Positions 48,301-60,175 of a DNA stretch of 64,000 bases are shown piece after piece. The notes beneath the pieces are model-generated. The model ran no database searches and was not told the DNA's origin. It was given only the letters and a program-made list of their open reading frames with translations. The first letter of the stretch is position 1, and the number at the start of each line of letters is the position of its first letter. Source of the DNA: Nemertoderma westbladi (Eukaryota; Animalia; Xenacoelomorpha); the NCBI GenBank assembly GCA_032718475.1, contig JAUCBJ010008532.1, positions 17,608-81,607 on the forward strand. The letters run 5' to 3'. Position numbers and translations under genes: made by a program.

Positions 48301-49749
48301 AGGTTTAGAATTATAAGTTAGTAATTCATTTGCCTCAGATTGATCTTTTGTGTGTATGGTTGTAGAATAACTAGAAGAAGGTGGTGAGATATTAATAGCA
48401 CTATGACCTGATGATAATTCCATAAGGTGAATTTGTTTGCCATTAACAAAAGCCATGTTTTCTTTAACATGTAATATCATATCTAACTTTGCCAGTGTTG
48501 GTCTAGAGAGCAATAGCGGTAAAGGGCCTTTCACTAGGTCAACCGAAAATTTATAAAATTTACCTACAATAGGTATTTCAATAATATAATTTTCTTCAGC
48601 CAACCTGGTTTCTCCTCCACCAAATACATAGGTTACATTCGTTTTTGAAGGGACAGGATCAACAGAATATATTTGTTTGAAGTTGTTGAACCAATTGTCT
48701 CCCATTACAGTTTTGGTACAAGCTGTATCCAATATTGCAAATATGTTTGTGTCATATTTGTTTATGCAGTTCCTTTCCTCATATGCATGTTGATGAAATA
48801 CATGCTGCAAGAGGAAAACATCTTCTGTATCATTATAGGTATTGCTATTGCCAGTATCAATATTGTCTTTAACTGCTAAGGTTTCGTTATCATCATGAGG
48901 ACATGCCTGAGATTGATGTAGGATTGACTCACAAATGTTACAACTAACTCTGTGTGGACAATCTCGTTGAAAGTGTCTAGTAGAATCGCATATTCTACAA
49001 CGATTTTGAGCACTTGGTCCCTTAGGCTTACTTAAAGGTGTAGGCAACATTTGACTGTTGTATGGTTTTGATTTAAATTTATTAGGGATGTACCCCGTTC
49101 CACCTGTATAAGGTTTACTGGCAGAAGTGAACTTCCTAGGGTTGGTTCCCCAAAGGGCTGATTCAGGCCCTTCATTGTCATGTATTTCTAATGTAGTACT
49201 TGTGTTCACATTGTCTGAACCAATATCAGACATCATTCGTAGAAGATGTTTCTTAACATCTTTGAATTCTAGTTTAGTAGTAGCTAATATTATTTTGCGC
49301 TCAGCTGGTGTAAGATTAGCTTTGTGTATTAACTCTGCTGCCAAAATAGCATCATTAAAATTTAAGTCAAATTCAGCAAGATGACAAACACATGTTTCAA
49401 ATTTAACTATATAATCTCTTATACTGATGCCATGATTTCTTGTAAAATTTCGAAATTTTATAAATGTTTCATATGCATCCTCCTCCCGTTCCTTTTTGAA
49501 AGTTTTATCTAATTCTGATAAAAGTATATCAATGCCATCATCAACTTGCAAAGTGGCTATGTTTAAATCAAGAGCTTTATCTTTAGCTAATCCCTTCAGG
49601 TTAAGTATGACAGTGAGTGCCTGCTTATTCTTTGCAGTTTCAGTTATTGTTTTCCATACTATTAACTCCTTTTTCCATCTTCTGTAACTCCCAGTTTCAG
49701 AGTTAAATTGGGGTGGTGGAATTCTGCCATGCCCGGCAGAAGTTGCCAT
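45340..49749 (-). CDS. Copia Gag-Pol polyprotein (1469 aa, intact)
   Basis: Two CCHC knuckles; PR LDTAC; IN H..H..C..C, DLF, SDNGGEF, ER; RT KARLVAKGF and HVDD; RNase H TDSSF..QIADTLTK. Order PR-IN-RT-RH. Confidence 0.96.
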   Translation of the reverse strand: MATSAGHGRIPPPQFNSETGSYRRWKKELIVWKTITETAKNKQALTVILNLKGLAKDKALDLNIATLQVDDGIDILLSELDKTFKKEREEDAYETFIKFRNFTRNHGISIRDYIVKFETCVCHLAEFDLNFNDAILAAELIHKANLTPAERKIILATTKLEFKDVKKHLLRMMSDIGSDNVNTSTTLEIHDNEGPESALWGTNPRKFTSASKPYTGGTGYIPNKFKSKPYNSQMLPTPLSKPKGPSAQNRCRICDSTRHFQRDCPHRVSCNICESILHQSQACPHDDNETLAVKDNIDTGNSNTYNDTEDVFLLQHVFHQHAYEERNCINKYDTNIFAILDTACTKTVMGDNWFNNFKQIYSVDPVPSKTNVTYVFGGGETRLAEENYIIEIPIVGKFYKFSVDLVKGPLPLLLSRPTLAKLDMILHVKENMAFVNGKQIHLMELSSGHSAINISPPSSSYSTTIHTKDQSEANELLTYNSKPDKIQLSYADVSKLHKQFAHPRKEILIKLIKDSIGNCGNNYNDIVQQVTNSCETCKCIGRKPSNPIVGLPVANTTNDVIGLDLFFLSITKPVLHIIDLFSRFSMTVLLPNKLSESVQIAILDKWCLIFGPPNRVMRSDNGGEFSALSFTEFCNKLNVFHEVTAPYSPFSNGMTERHNGLIKEIYQRIKMENPTYKDYKILQMASFVKNAWPANNGFSPHQIMFGRGPNIGNILTDNISALDNATSISKSAIDHIALLNQVRIEFAKADSSTRIRRALLKNVRPTNKGISMGDKVYYFSYQDEKWCGPAKVVGINGAEILVAHGSKYIRTHRSKIRIDNGYYNQYVSNESPSADSKEDLLSEPCQYIEDDEIVHSEHLIQDHGSYSNDTNERETNDIQDTANYSSSLNLHPLSDNEMTNDSVNTPISNLQSMNSSNTMEDCRNDEEHTEPIVDRKQYPRRVHKPPERYGYSAGHISQNNIDKKIQEEYSCEVAEAKEKELSNWLDNNVYTEVDESELSPNANIVSTRWVIDLKYVDSIQTIKARLVAKGFQDNDTPISFAPTCEKMSIRTLLSVAARLNWKLWIVDIKRAFLQNGKLPDERIVYVIPPEEYLRENKRCVYWKLKKSIYGLQDASRHWFVKLKSELEKLGCQQNKLDPAMYSLMSVEDNLIAIIATHVDDIAIAGSSEISSTFIDGIQSNLSVGKITDVSCNWVKFLGVFVRTMEYGGFEISQDPFIQSLSCSSMESFQNSESKDIYHYFKSLLGKLMWISTNTRPDIAFFVGTLSQIQQPTLNDICSLHKIVRKLKCEIITIKFPTTNDKLESLYIFTDSSFGNPSRMGICIFWGCHLIYWCSRCTKRVTKSTLSAETFSLVEGVDLGGYLHVFLHSLTHYSYPFVYLSDHRGLTQDVQSGKMSQERRLCIDFAYIRDNIQLEDLIWIPTKLQIADTLTKSRSLASLLLKRILDDPTCLYECISILAEHKHRKKVNVF

Positions 49750-49933
49750 AATTGTTTTTTTTTTTTAATTTTTAAAGTGGACTACAGGACTACACTGCTA
49801 TACTACAGTGGGGAGATTGCTAGAGCCATAATTGATAATGCCCTAGGCCTAGGAAGGTTTTAGTTCAAGAAACCAGTACCGGTACCGGTAGTCTATCAGA
49901 CCTAATTTTGTTTTTTTACCGGAATATATCTAC

Positions 49934-50128
49934 ATTTGCGCCATCACGCATTCATTGTACAGTTGTATTGCGCCATCACGCTTTCATTCTGTCATTGTAT
50001 TGCGCCATCACGCTTTCATTCTGTCATTGTATTGCGCCATCACGCTTTCATTGATTGCTATATTGCGCCATCACGCACCCTACGCATTCATATATTCAGT
50101 TATTGCAGTATTGCGCCATCACGCTTTA
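49934..50128. repeat. 32-bp tandem repeat in the Copia 5' UTR
   Basis: TATTGCGCCATCACGCTTTCATTCTGTCATTG, about 6 units. Confidence 0.85.
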
Positions 50129-51490
50129 ATAGGCCTACATTAATACCGGCTGACCGGTATTACTGTATTAAATTCAGCATCAGCAGTACCGTCAACGTCA
50201 ACTCAACTCAACACACAAGGCTAGTTGATTAAACTGTAAACACTGGCAGACTGGGTTGTTTCAGTTAATGCAGTAATGCCAGAATGCTCTGCTACCATTG
50301 TTAAAGTAGAAAGATACCGGTACCTGCTGACCTGGTAGGTACAGCTGTACAGTGGTGCTTGCATATAATGAAGAACACATACAGACTCAAACACGGTACT
50401 AGCACAAACTATAAAACAGTAACTAGACAAAAGACACATACAGTAAATAATATAACACTGGTTTCGATGAAATATATACGAGTAGCACCAAGAGTATCAA
50501 ACTTGAATTTTTTCGTGCTGTGTGCAAATTTTGGTGCAGCACGAAATTTTGAAAATTCATTCAATAGATAAAATTGCTTGTGACAATTTATTTCTTGCAT
50601 TTTAGAGGTTTATGGCTGTTCTGAATTCAATGGAATATATAATTATCGAACTAGACATCTCAAACTTGTATTTTTCGGAAGTGGGTGCAAAATGTGGTGC
50701 TAGCACCAAATTTTGAAAACCATCAAATATATCAATTGATTGTGTCGCCTTGTTTCTTGCGTTTTACGGGGTTTTTTAGGGTTCTGAATTCAATGGAATC
50801 AGTAAAAATTTCATAAGAGTTTTCAAACTTGTATTTTTCGTCGGTGGGTGAAAATTGTTGTGCCAGCACCAAATTTTGGAAAATGAGTAAATTGATCAGT
50901 AGATAGTATCATCTTGTTTCTTGCGTTATACGGGTTTATGAGGACCTGAATCCAATGTAATCAATAAAAACAGCACTGGAGATCGCAAACTTGTACTTTT
51001 TGGTGATGGGTACGAAATTTGGTGCCAGCACCAAAATTTGCCAAATTACGTCGAAAAATACAAGTAGCAATGATCTGGCATATTTGAAATGTATTCCATT
51101 AGAATCAGCGCCCTAGAAAACCTGAAAATGTGAATTTATAGCATCGTATAAGTGAGTTAAAAATTTTGTTTTCTAACTGAAAAGTGCTGGTTACTTGTTT
51201 TTTTCATTTTTTTCCTACGCAGAGAGGACTAAACAGCCATTTATGATAATCATATCATTTTTAAATATTTTCCAATGATTTTGCGCCCCAGAAATCCTGT
51301 ATTGAAAAATAATTAGCCGAAAATGTAACTTTCAAATTTGGTGAAAATTGTGCACTACTTGTAATTTTGGTGCTGCAATATAACCACCCCAGTACATTTT
51401 TCCGAAAAATGTTTTTTTCGGCCGGATCCAGATAAGTGATACCTACGTACAAACAAAAAATCAGACGTTTTCGTAAATATTTGTAAATAT

Positions 51491-52515
51491 TTTTCGAATA
51501 ATTAATTAATAAATTAGAAATAATAATATTAGTAAGTGTTATTTACTTTTATATTTACTTAGTTTGTGCAAAAATATACTGAGTATATTAATATTGCTGT
51601 TTGTTGCGATCGTAATACATTACTATTACGCTATACTGTAGTGTGCAAAATATGATTTTGGCGAAAATTAAAGGCTGAACGGGCCAGTAAACCGTTCACT
51701 ACTACTACTACTAACCTCACCATGTATCTCTAGACAATACCACAGACCATAGAAACTGCATCAATGTTTAGTAAATGCAATACTACTGTATACGAGTTTC
51801 TGCCTCTTCATGATTTCCTTGTAGTGCAGATTCATCTAAATCTCTATCGGATGTTCTTGTGATAGTGATATCTCGAAGTTTTTACCATGTAAAAACAATC
51901 CGTAGCTAAGGTAAACTCGTCACTACTATACAAACGTCGCCGTTGCTAAGGATAAACTCACCATTGCTATGGAAAAAACAAAAAGATAGTTGATTGCCAC
52001 TGTAAAACTCACCTTTTATGTACTGTAAAAATATGTTTTTGTTGTGAAAAGACCGTTGTTACAATGAAGACACGTGGTTGCTAAGCTAAAGTAATTGTTG
52101 CTATGCAAAAATTATCATTGTTATGTAAAACATACCATCACTAGAGATAACTTGCTTTTCTTATATAAAACCTTTGCAAAAAACATGTTAATAGTATGAA
52201 AAACACAATGTTCTTACGAAAAACCACCGGTTGCTATGGTAAACTTTCGTGGCTAAGAACATAAAGTAAATTCAAATATATTTTAGTGATTTGGTATACG
52301 TCCCATATTTTCAAATTTGACTGAACTGCACTATTCAAAAAATTATGAGAAACCCAACAGTTACTCCCGTATTACGAGGAAAACTCCGGTTGCTATGACC
52401 ATAAAACATGACTTTGTCAAATAGAATAACTACAGAAGACCCCATATACTTGTAATTATCAAAAAGCCTTAAATTATTAACCTCTAAGACGAATAAAATA
52501 CCAAAACGATATTGG
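51491..52515 (-). repeat. Near-identical inverted copy (about 1 kb) of 41779-42804
   Basis: Direct reverse-complement comparison shows very few mismatches. Confidence 0.9.
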
Positions 52516-52978
52516 TAAGGTTAGAATTCTGTAGGGTCAATAGAAAGTGGTGTTTTGCTAATTACCTCCTGTTGCAATGGTGAAACGGGACCGAAAAATT
52601 CACAATTGAACTTGGCATCAGATGGATTCGGAATCATCAGCACACTCGATTTAGCTTAAAACCGTTGAATGCCAGCATTACTCAAATTTTCCTTCGCCAT
52701 CATTATTTCGGCAAAAAGGAACCAGACTACATGAAAAAGAAACTTTTCTTCCTTTCGGATCTTTTCGTTATTTGAATCTTATTAATTTCATTAAATTTTA
52801 CTATAGTAAAATCGTACTGTAGCTATAAAAAATACACAGTAGTAGCACAGATTTAGTCGTCCTTGCCTAATGTTAGAGGCAATGAGTGCGGAAACGAAAA
52901 AAAACAATGAAAGCTCCTTGTAACAAATATGAAAAAATAGAAAAGAACGTTTCACGACTCATTTCCAGTAGAGACCCC

Positions 52979-54155
52979 TGTTCGCGCTTTTAGACCTTTA
53001 GCAGTTTAACCTGCCAATTTTAATTGTCTTTTTTGTATATCAATTATTTAATGTACTGAAGTTACATCAGCCGAAGCCAGCCTGTGCGCAACCATTCACC
53101 CACAGTTAAGGGAGACTGGATTCGGATGCTTTGATAGTGATTGCAGTGTAGACCTACTGTATTATTCGATTGATCGTTAATATATAATCTCTGACAATAT
53201 ATTTACTTTCGGGGAAATATTAACGGTTCCTTTAGGACGTGGCGCTTTAAGTATAAAACAGAGTTATGACTTATACTAATCACAACTGGATGGCTACTGA
53301 GTTTCGTAAAAAGCGCATTCTTTAGGAGATGCTTTATTAACCTTCACACTACTTCACACGGCTTCACACTACTTCACACTGATCTGCCGACCGTCACTGA
53401 ATATATAAGGAGGATCGCAACTGACACAAGTAGGGATTATGAAATAGCATTTAATTCACACAAAAAACCACTATAATGTAAGTCGCAGTTGCTACCGGTA
53501 AACCTGTTCCTCTAACCTTCAGTAATCAAGAAGATTGTGGGGTTTTATGATTATTCATCGGTATTCTCCAAACACATCAGCAATATACATTAACATAACA
53601 ACAACTAATAACAGAAGCAAATAATGCGGTGAACAGTCAGTATGTATTACTTATGCAGTGTTCCATGTGCAGCAATGTTGACTTGCGGTGTGATGCGGTG
53701 TGCTGCGTTGTGTTGCGTTGCGTTAATAGTTTTACGTTCTTGTAATCAATGCCATCTGATGTTTCTGATGTTTAGGTCAAAGTCTGAAACTTCCACACAG
53801 AAGTACAGAAGAATTTCCAAGCAGTTCTCTCGCTCAGAAAGGTAAACAAAGACCGTAATGCATTGCGCGGTTTTCCGTAGGCCTCTGTACAAGATAAAAT
53901 GAAAATCGCTCTGATTGGCTGAGCGAGCTGAACAAAGAGAGGTTCCACGTTTACAGTAAATCAGCTGACAGATTTCGTCATCTGAGTTCCAGTCTTTTAG
54001 AGTATTAAGCGCATTGCGGCAGAAAATGGCTTGTTATGTCCGCTAAAGCACCTACACGGTACATTGCGGAGAAAATGGCTTGTTATGTCCGCTAAAGCAC
54101 CTACACAGTATATTGCGGAGAAAAATGACTTGTTATGTCCGCAAAAGCTTTTACA
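52979..54155 (-). mobile_element. Solo LTR related to the BEL element
   Basis: Minus strand reads TGTAAAAGCTTTTG...GCGCGAACA; perfect 5-bp TSD ACCCC; diverged from 15866-17060; contains an about 50-bp tandem repeat near 54010-54145. Confidence 0.9.
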
Positions 54156-54839
54156 ACCCCACAGAACTATACTCCTTACAGGCAAAGAGATAACTGGTAC
54201 TCTTTTAACGGCAATTTAAGTATCAAATCAAATATGCGCCCTGGTTTGGTTAGTCTATTTAACCCTATTAACACCCCCCCCCCCCCCCCCCCCCCCCCGC
54301 CCAAATTAACCTAACATAATAACCTCGGCCTGCGCCCTCGGTAATTATACAGGTTAATTTGCTTCTGGAAAAGCATCAGTGATTAATCAGTTTTATTCGC
54401 ATCAGGTTATTATTTCCCTATATTAACTCTAGAACATTGCAATATTGTATGTTTATTGTTAATTTTCGCATATTGCTAGGGAAACTAGCTAAAATTATAT
54501 CGTATAATTTTAAATAAATGTTCTATAAATGTTGTATGATACCATTTTTTCCGATAATTATACTATTTTCTTAGAAATTGCTCTGATACGGGATTCTAGA
54601 AAACATATGTAGCAGTATATTCATAGAATTTTCTGTATTAGCCTATGGTACAGCAAATATACCAAACTTGCTACTGTTTCTTTCACATGTAGCTATTCTC
54701 AAATCGTATCTCGAAGAAACTTGAAAGGAAACATATCGCCGTTAAGTAATATGACCATCTCAATGAGATTGACAAAATGGCTCTTTAAATTCTATTCCTG
54801 TAGGCCTATTCGTAAAGAAGATAACTAGAAACTAACTAT

Positions 54840-55155
54840 CCGACCTCATTAAACTTATTAGTTCCGGGCTATAAAATGTTGTACAATACCGGGAGAGGGT
54901 CATATTGACCCCCACCCTCTAAAATCTACAAATTTTAATGAAAACGTCTGATTTTTTGTTTGTACGAAGATTTCATTAGTCTGAATCAAACCGAAAAAAA
55001 ATTTCGAAAAAAAGTACAGGGGTGGTTATTTTGCAGCACCAAAATTACAAGTAGTGATGAAATTTTCATAAAATTTGAAATTTACAATTTTCGGCTAATT
55101 GTTTTTCAATACAGGTTTTCTGGTACTTAAAATCCATTGGAAAATATTTTTAAAA
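54840..55155. repeat. Older partial copy of the piggyBac-like MITE end
   Basis: Diverged match to about 55872-56200. Confidence 0.7.
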
Positions 55156-55871
55156 AATCATAATTCGCAGTTCAAATTACGCCTCTACTTAATAGTTCTT
55201 CAAGGAGCAGGTGCAGTATAGTAGATAATCGTATCATTATACACGTTACAGTACATTGCACTAACGGTATCTGATGTGAGTTATTGCCCCACTCTATTCT
55301 GAGTAGTTAGAAGTCGGTGTCGGGTTTCTTCTATAAGGGTATTGCATCCCTTAGGGGGCTAATATAAATATAAGGAAGCGCACCATTTGGTGCGACAGGG
55401 GGGTTATTGGGGAATTATCCGTGAAAGGTTGACATGGTCAAATTCATATAAATGGCATACTGATTTCAGATCTTTAGAATTTATAATTATAATCGAAATT
55501 AAGTAGTGATATAAAACGGTAGGCCAATCAATGCCAGGGGTTGCATCGTAATTAAGTAAACTAATTACCAATTGAGAAAATAAGTCAATTAAGGTAAATG
55601 TTCGGGGTCTTACCTGGCAGAAAAAATAAATGCTGATGTTAGTGAACGTTTTCGCCCTGATCGGGCTACTTCAGACTATATGGCTCATTCCAAAGTAAAG
55701 TACGGGACATTCGTAAACAATTTTGAACTTTGATTGCCCGTACAATGTTATCCACAGCACATATGTGCACAAAATTGTGCTTGGATTAAACTTTCGAATA
55801 TCAGCTTTGATTTCGCGAAGCTTATGGCGGGACTTAGTCACTTTTGAGAAAACGCCAGCTTGTCCAATTAA

Positions 55872-57448
55872 CCCTATTAGTACCGGGCTATAAAATGTTG
55901 TACAAATACCAAATGTTGTACAAATAGAGGGTGGGGGGGTCATATTGACCCCCCCACCCTCTAAAATCTACAAATATTTACGAAAACGTCTGATATTTTG
56001 TTTGTACGTAAGTATCACTTGTCTGGATCCGACCGAAAAAAATCAATTTCGAAAAAATGTACTGGGGTGGTTATATTTCAGCACCAAAATTACAAGTAGT
56101 GCACAATTTTCACAAAATTTGAAAGTTACATTTTCGGCTAATTATTTTTCAATACAGGTTTTCTGGGGTGCAAAATACATTGGAAAATATTTAAAAATGA
56201 TATGATTACTATAAATGGCTGTTTAGTCCTCTCTGCGTAGGAAAAAAATGAAAAAAACAAGTAACCAGCACTTTTCAGTTAGAACACAAAATTTTTAATT
56301 CACTTATACGACGCTATAAATTCGCATTTTCAGGTTTTCGAGGGCGCTGATTCTAATGGAATACATTTCTAATATGCCAGATCATTGCTACTTGTATTTT
56401 TCGGCGTAATTTGGCAAATTTTGGTGCTAGCACCAAATTTCGTACCCATCACCAAAAAGTACAAGTTTGCGATGTCCAGTGCTGTTTTTATTGATTCCAT
56501 CGGATTCAGAACCCTCATAAACCCGTATAACGCAAGAAACATGGTGATACTATCTACTTATCAATTTGCATATTTTCCAAAATTTGGTGCTGGCACCAAA
56601 TTTTCACCCACCGGCGAAAAATACAAGTTTGAGAACTCTTATGAAATTTTTACTGATTCCATTGAATTCAGAACCATCTCAAACCCGTATAACGCAAGAA
56701 ACAAGGTGACACAATCAATTGATATATTTGATGGTTTTCAAAATTTGGTGCTAGCACCACATTTTGCACCCACATCCGAAAAATACAAGTTTGAGATGTC
56801 TAGTTCAATAATTATATTTTCTATTGAATTCAGAACAGCCATAAACCTCTAAAACGCAAGAAATAAATTGTCACAAGCAATTTTATCTATTGAATGGATT
56901 TTCAAAACTTCGTGCTAGCACCAAAATTTGCACACAGCACCGAAAAATACAAGTTTGATACGCTTGGTGCAACTCGTATATATTTCATCGAATCCAGAAC
57001 CCCAAAAAACCCCAATTGCGTAAAAAACAAGTTTCAAACAATCAATTTACAAAATTGACTTATTTCAAAATTTGGTGCTGGCACCAAAATTTGGCACCCA
57101 TCGAAAAAAACAAGTTTGGAATTTCTAAATCAATTTATATGAATTCCATCCAATTTCTAACACCAAAAAACAGGTGTAAATCAAAAATAGAGATGTTACA
57201 ATTCATATTTAATGAAATGTAATTTTCAAAAAACGTCTCAAAAAAAGTCCCAAAAGTAGGGTTAAAAAATGGTGCTATAACTCGAAAAGTACCCAATATT
57301 TTTGAAAACGGTTTTCACTACCATGAAGACAATAGATTTTTAGGAAAAGTCATAAAATTTCAGATTCCCAACTGCGTTTGTTTCAGAATTATAATAAAAC
57401 AAACCACGGGGGGGGTCATATTGATCCCCCCCCCCGGGTTTAATAGGG
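55872..57448. mobile_element. piggyBac-like MITE, complete
   Basis: CCCTATTA...TAATAGGG termini with TTAA/TTAG flanks; reverse complement of 60176-61737. Confidence 0.88.
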
Positions 57449-57964
57449 TTAGGGTAAAGTACGGATTCGTACGAAATGGTATTTTTTAATTTATGATTTC
57501 AATTCTAAAATTTAGCGAATTGTGCTAAATTGTAATTGTAAGTGCTAAATTGCTAAATGTACGGTGTTGAGTTGATGTTTAGGATAAAGCTGTATTATTA
57601 AGCTTAAATAAAAATATAAGACGAATTGCTGCATTGCTAATTTTTTACAGTGTGGTTTGTGTGGTAAAGTATGGGACATTGCTAGGTAAAGTACGGGACC
57701 TGTACGAATTTTATGGTCAAAATGGTCTCTTACACTTAACCTAACAGTAATTTCTGGATAATTAGTGATAATAAAGTGCAACTAAGTATTTCCAACCAAG
57801 ATATGGATACAAAATGTGGGGCGGCCCACAAATTGACCCGAAGTCTTAGCATATGGGTGCCCTTAGGAGTTGTGTAAGGTCTTATTGCTCAGATAATAGA
57901 TTTACGTTCTTGTAATCAAAGCCATCAGATGTATAGGCCAAAGTCTGAAACTTCTACAGAAGCA

Positions 57965-59890
57965 CTACTACTACTACTAGGATCGGCATGCTGCATTGCA
58001 GCTGCATTTTTAAGAATGCTGTGCTGGCTTGTCAACAAAATTGCACCGCCACAACTCCCTATCACCCATGACGTTTGCTAGATCATCCGCATCTTCAAGG
58101 CCAGTGTCCTTTAAGATGCGTCTCAAGAAAGTCATGGGCTGTCCACCATGCTTATTCACTCCATGAGGCTGCCAAAGTACAAGATTATGCACTGGCTGGT
58201 CCTCACGGCGAAAGCAATGTCCTGCAAAGCGGAGGCGATTTTGTTCTAGTGTCAAGCTTGGGGGAACCAATGAGACACCTCCATTGTTATATAGTGTCTG
58301 GTTGGAGATGTGTGCATTGTACTTGACACAATGAACCCGGCGTAGCATTCTTGTGAATGTGCCATCCAGAGATTTGGTGTCCTCAGCAGTTAGAGCCCAG
58401 CATGGACTCCCGTAGGTGGAGTACTGGAACTACTGCTGTTCTAAATAATCGGACCTTAAGTTTCCGATTAATTCTCGGTGACTTCCAAATCCTGGAAAGC
58501 CTATTCAAGGCTGCCCATGCCTTTCCCTTACGTATTCGAAGGTCCTCACCTGACTTCCGGATCCATGATCCCAGGTAACAGAAGTCGTCCACATGCTCAA
58601 GCATACCATCCTTTGAGCTTATGCTCATCTGATCAGAGACTTGCTGAGGACTTTCAAAGTTAACTGTCAAAATTTTGGTCTTTCTGGAGTTAATAAAAAG
58701 ACCAACACTAGAAGCAGCATGTTCTAATGAGCTGAGGAGCCGTTGGGCTCCCTCTAATGATTCTGAGAGTACTCCTAAGTCATCAGCAAAGTCTAGATCA
58801 GTTAGGTACTTGGCAGGATTTCCTCGACTTCTGGAGCCAGTAGGTGGAGTTATCATCACCCCATCATCATTATGATGATCTAAGGACATGCGTAGAACAT
58901 AGTCAACCACAATAATGAACAAGAATGGTGCAAGTGTGTCTCCTTGGAGGACGCCCCATAACACTTCAAATGGTTCTGTGTCACCGTCAACAGTAGACAC
59001 AAATGTTGTCGAACCATCGTATACTGATCTTATTGCTGCAATAATTTCATCAGGAATCCCATATAATGAAAGTATGCTGAACATACGTGAGCGAGAGACT
59101 GAATCAAAGGCCTTGAAGAAGTCAACAAAGATGACAGCCAGATGCCTGTCTTTCTTTTTTGATAATTCTTCAATTATCCTCCTAAGTGCCAAAATGGGCT
59201 CCATGGTACCACGACCTTTACGAAACCCATTCTGATTTCCACGGAGCAGTCTCTCAATGGGATCCCTGATGCGATTTAATAGAATCCTATTATATAGCTT
59301 TGCAGCAATCGAGATCAATGAGATTCCCCGAAAAGAACCATGGAGTGTTAGGTTGCCCTTCTTGGGAACTGGCACCAACTTATTTGTTTTCATTTCTTGT
59401 GGGACTCTTGTTGTTCGGTACATGTCTACTATGATGGTATAGATGAGCTTTAAACACTCAGGTATTTTAAAGACCTCAGGGGGAACACCATCTACTCCAC
59501 TGGCACGATTGGTCTTAATGCTCTTTGCAGCAGCCTTCACTTCTGCAAAGGAGATATCGCCAATGGGAATATCTGGGAGTACAGACTCAGACACTTTTAC
59601 TTCTATAAATTTATCAGGCAATACCCTGTCATTATTGAGGAGCTTTTCAAAGTGGGCTTTCCAACCATTGAGGCGATCGGCTGGTGATTCAGCCTTAACC
59701 TTGGTGGTTGGTTGGCTTTTCCGCCCAGTAAGCAAGTTGATCGATTTCCATGCCTGGGATGATTGCCTGCTGTCGTCAGCATCATTGATGGCATCAACCT
59801 GTTGGTTTATTAGCTCCTGTAGATTAACAGAGTACTGCCTGTTCATTGGCTGTTGCAACAGAGAGGACCAGTCATGTCGCGGCAAGGCAG
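57965..59890 (-). mobile_element. 5'-truncated non-LTR retrotransposon (RTE group, RTEX-like)
   Basis: RT motifs PKKG, RGISL, QNGFR, FVDFFKAFDSV, GVLQGDTLAP, FADD, YLGS; C-terminal RLRFAGHC..DRELW; frameshift near 58400; (TAG)n 3' tail. Confidence 0.9.
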
Positions 59891-60175
59891 ATTTAGTTGT
59901 TTCTTAAGATGACGCAACACAAACATGCTTTGCATTCCACTGGGTGATTGGGCTTAGTTAGACTACTTCTCTGTGTATAAATTAAAAATTTCACTATTTT
60001 TTGGTAAAGTATGGGACTTCACATGCATAAACCCAAGGATTTCTTGACTGAGGAATGATTCTCAGTTCAAATATAGACTCCTATTCTTACGGCCGACTAT
60101 GACCTTAGAGTATTATAACACTCATGGCTTCACATATTACATTAATACAGTGCACTAATATAATCGCCATTTTAA

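Larger units (their letters stand above)
44606..50457 (-). mobile_element. Full-length Copia LTR retrotransposon (GalEa-like)
   Basis: Identical 159-bp LTRs (44606-44764 and 50299-50457; TG..CA); 5-bp TSD CTGGT; PBS TGGTAGCAGAGCA (tRNA-iMet); purine tract next to the 3' LTR. Confidence 0.96.
44149..51490. mobile_element. piggyBac-like MITE copy, interrupted by Copia and truncated on the right
   Basis: TTAA|CCCTATTAAACCC start; colinear with 60176-61737 on both sides of the Copia; a partial extra start lies at about 43948-44057. Confidence 0.85.
40953..52729 (+). mobile_element. Academ DNA transposon (deleted), hosting later insertions
   Basis: Termini TAGTCTGGTTCC / GGAACCAGACTA; 3-bp TSD CAT; long imperfect TIRs; transposase remnant inside. 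Confidence 0.85.

Noticed and set aside
56385-57222. ORFs inside the piggyBac-like MITEs (also 60407-61759 and 44376-44687)
   Set aside because: No transposase motifs; they arise from internally repetitive non-coding sequence.
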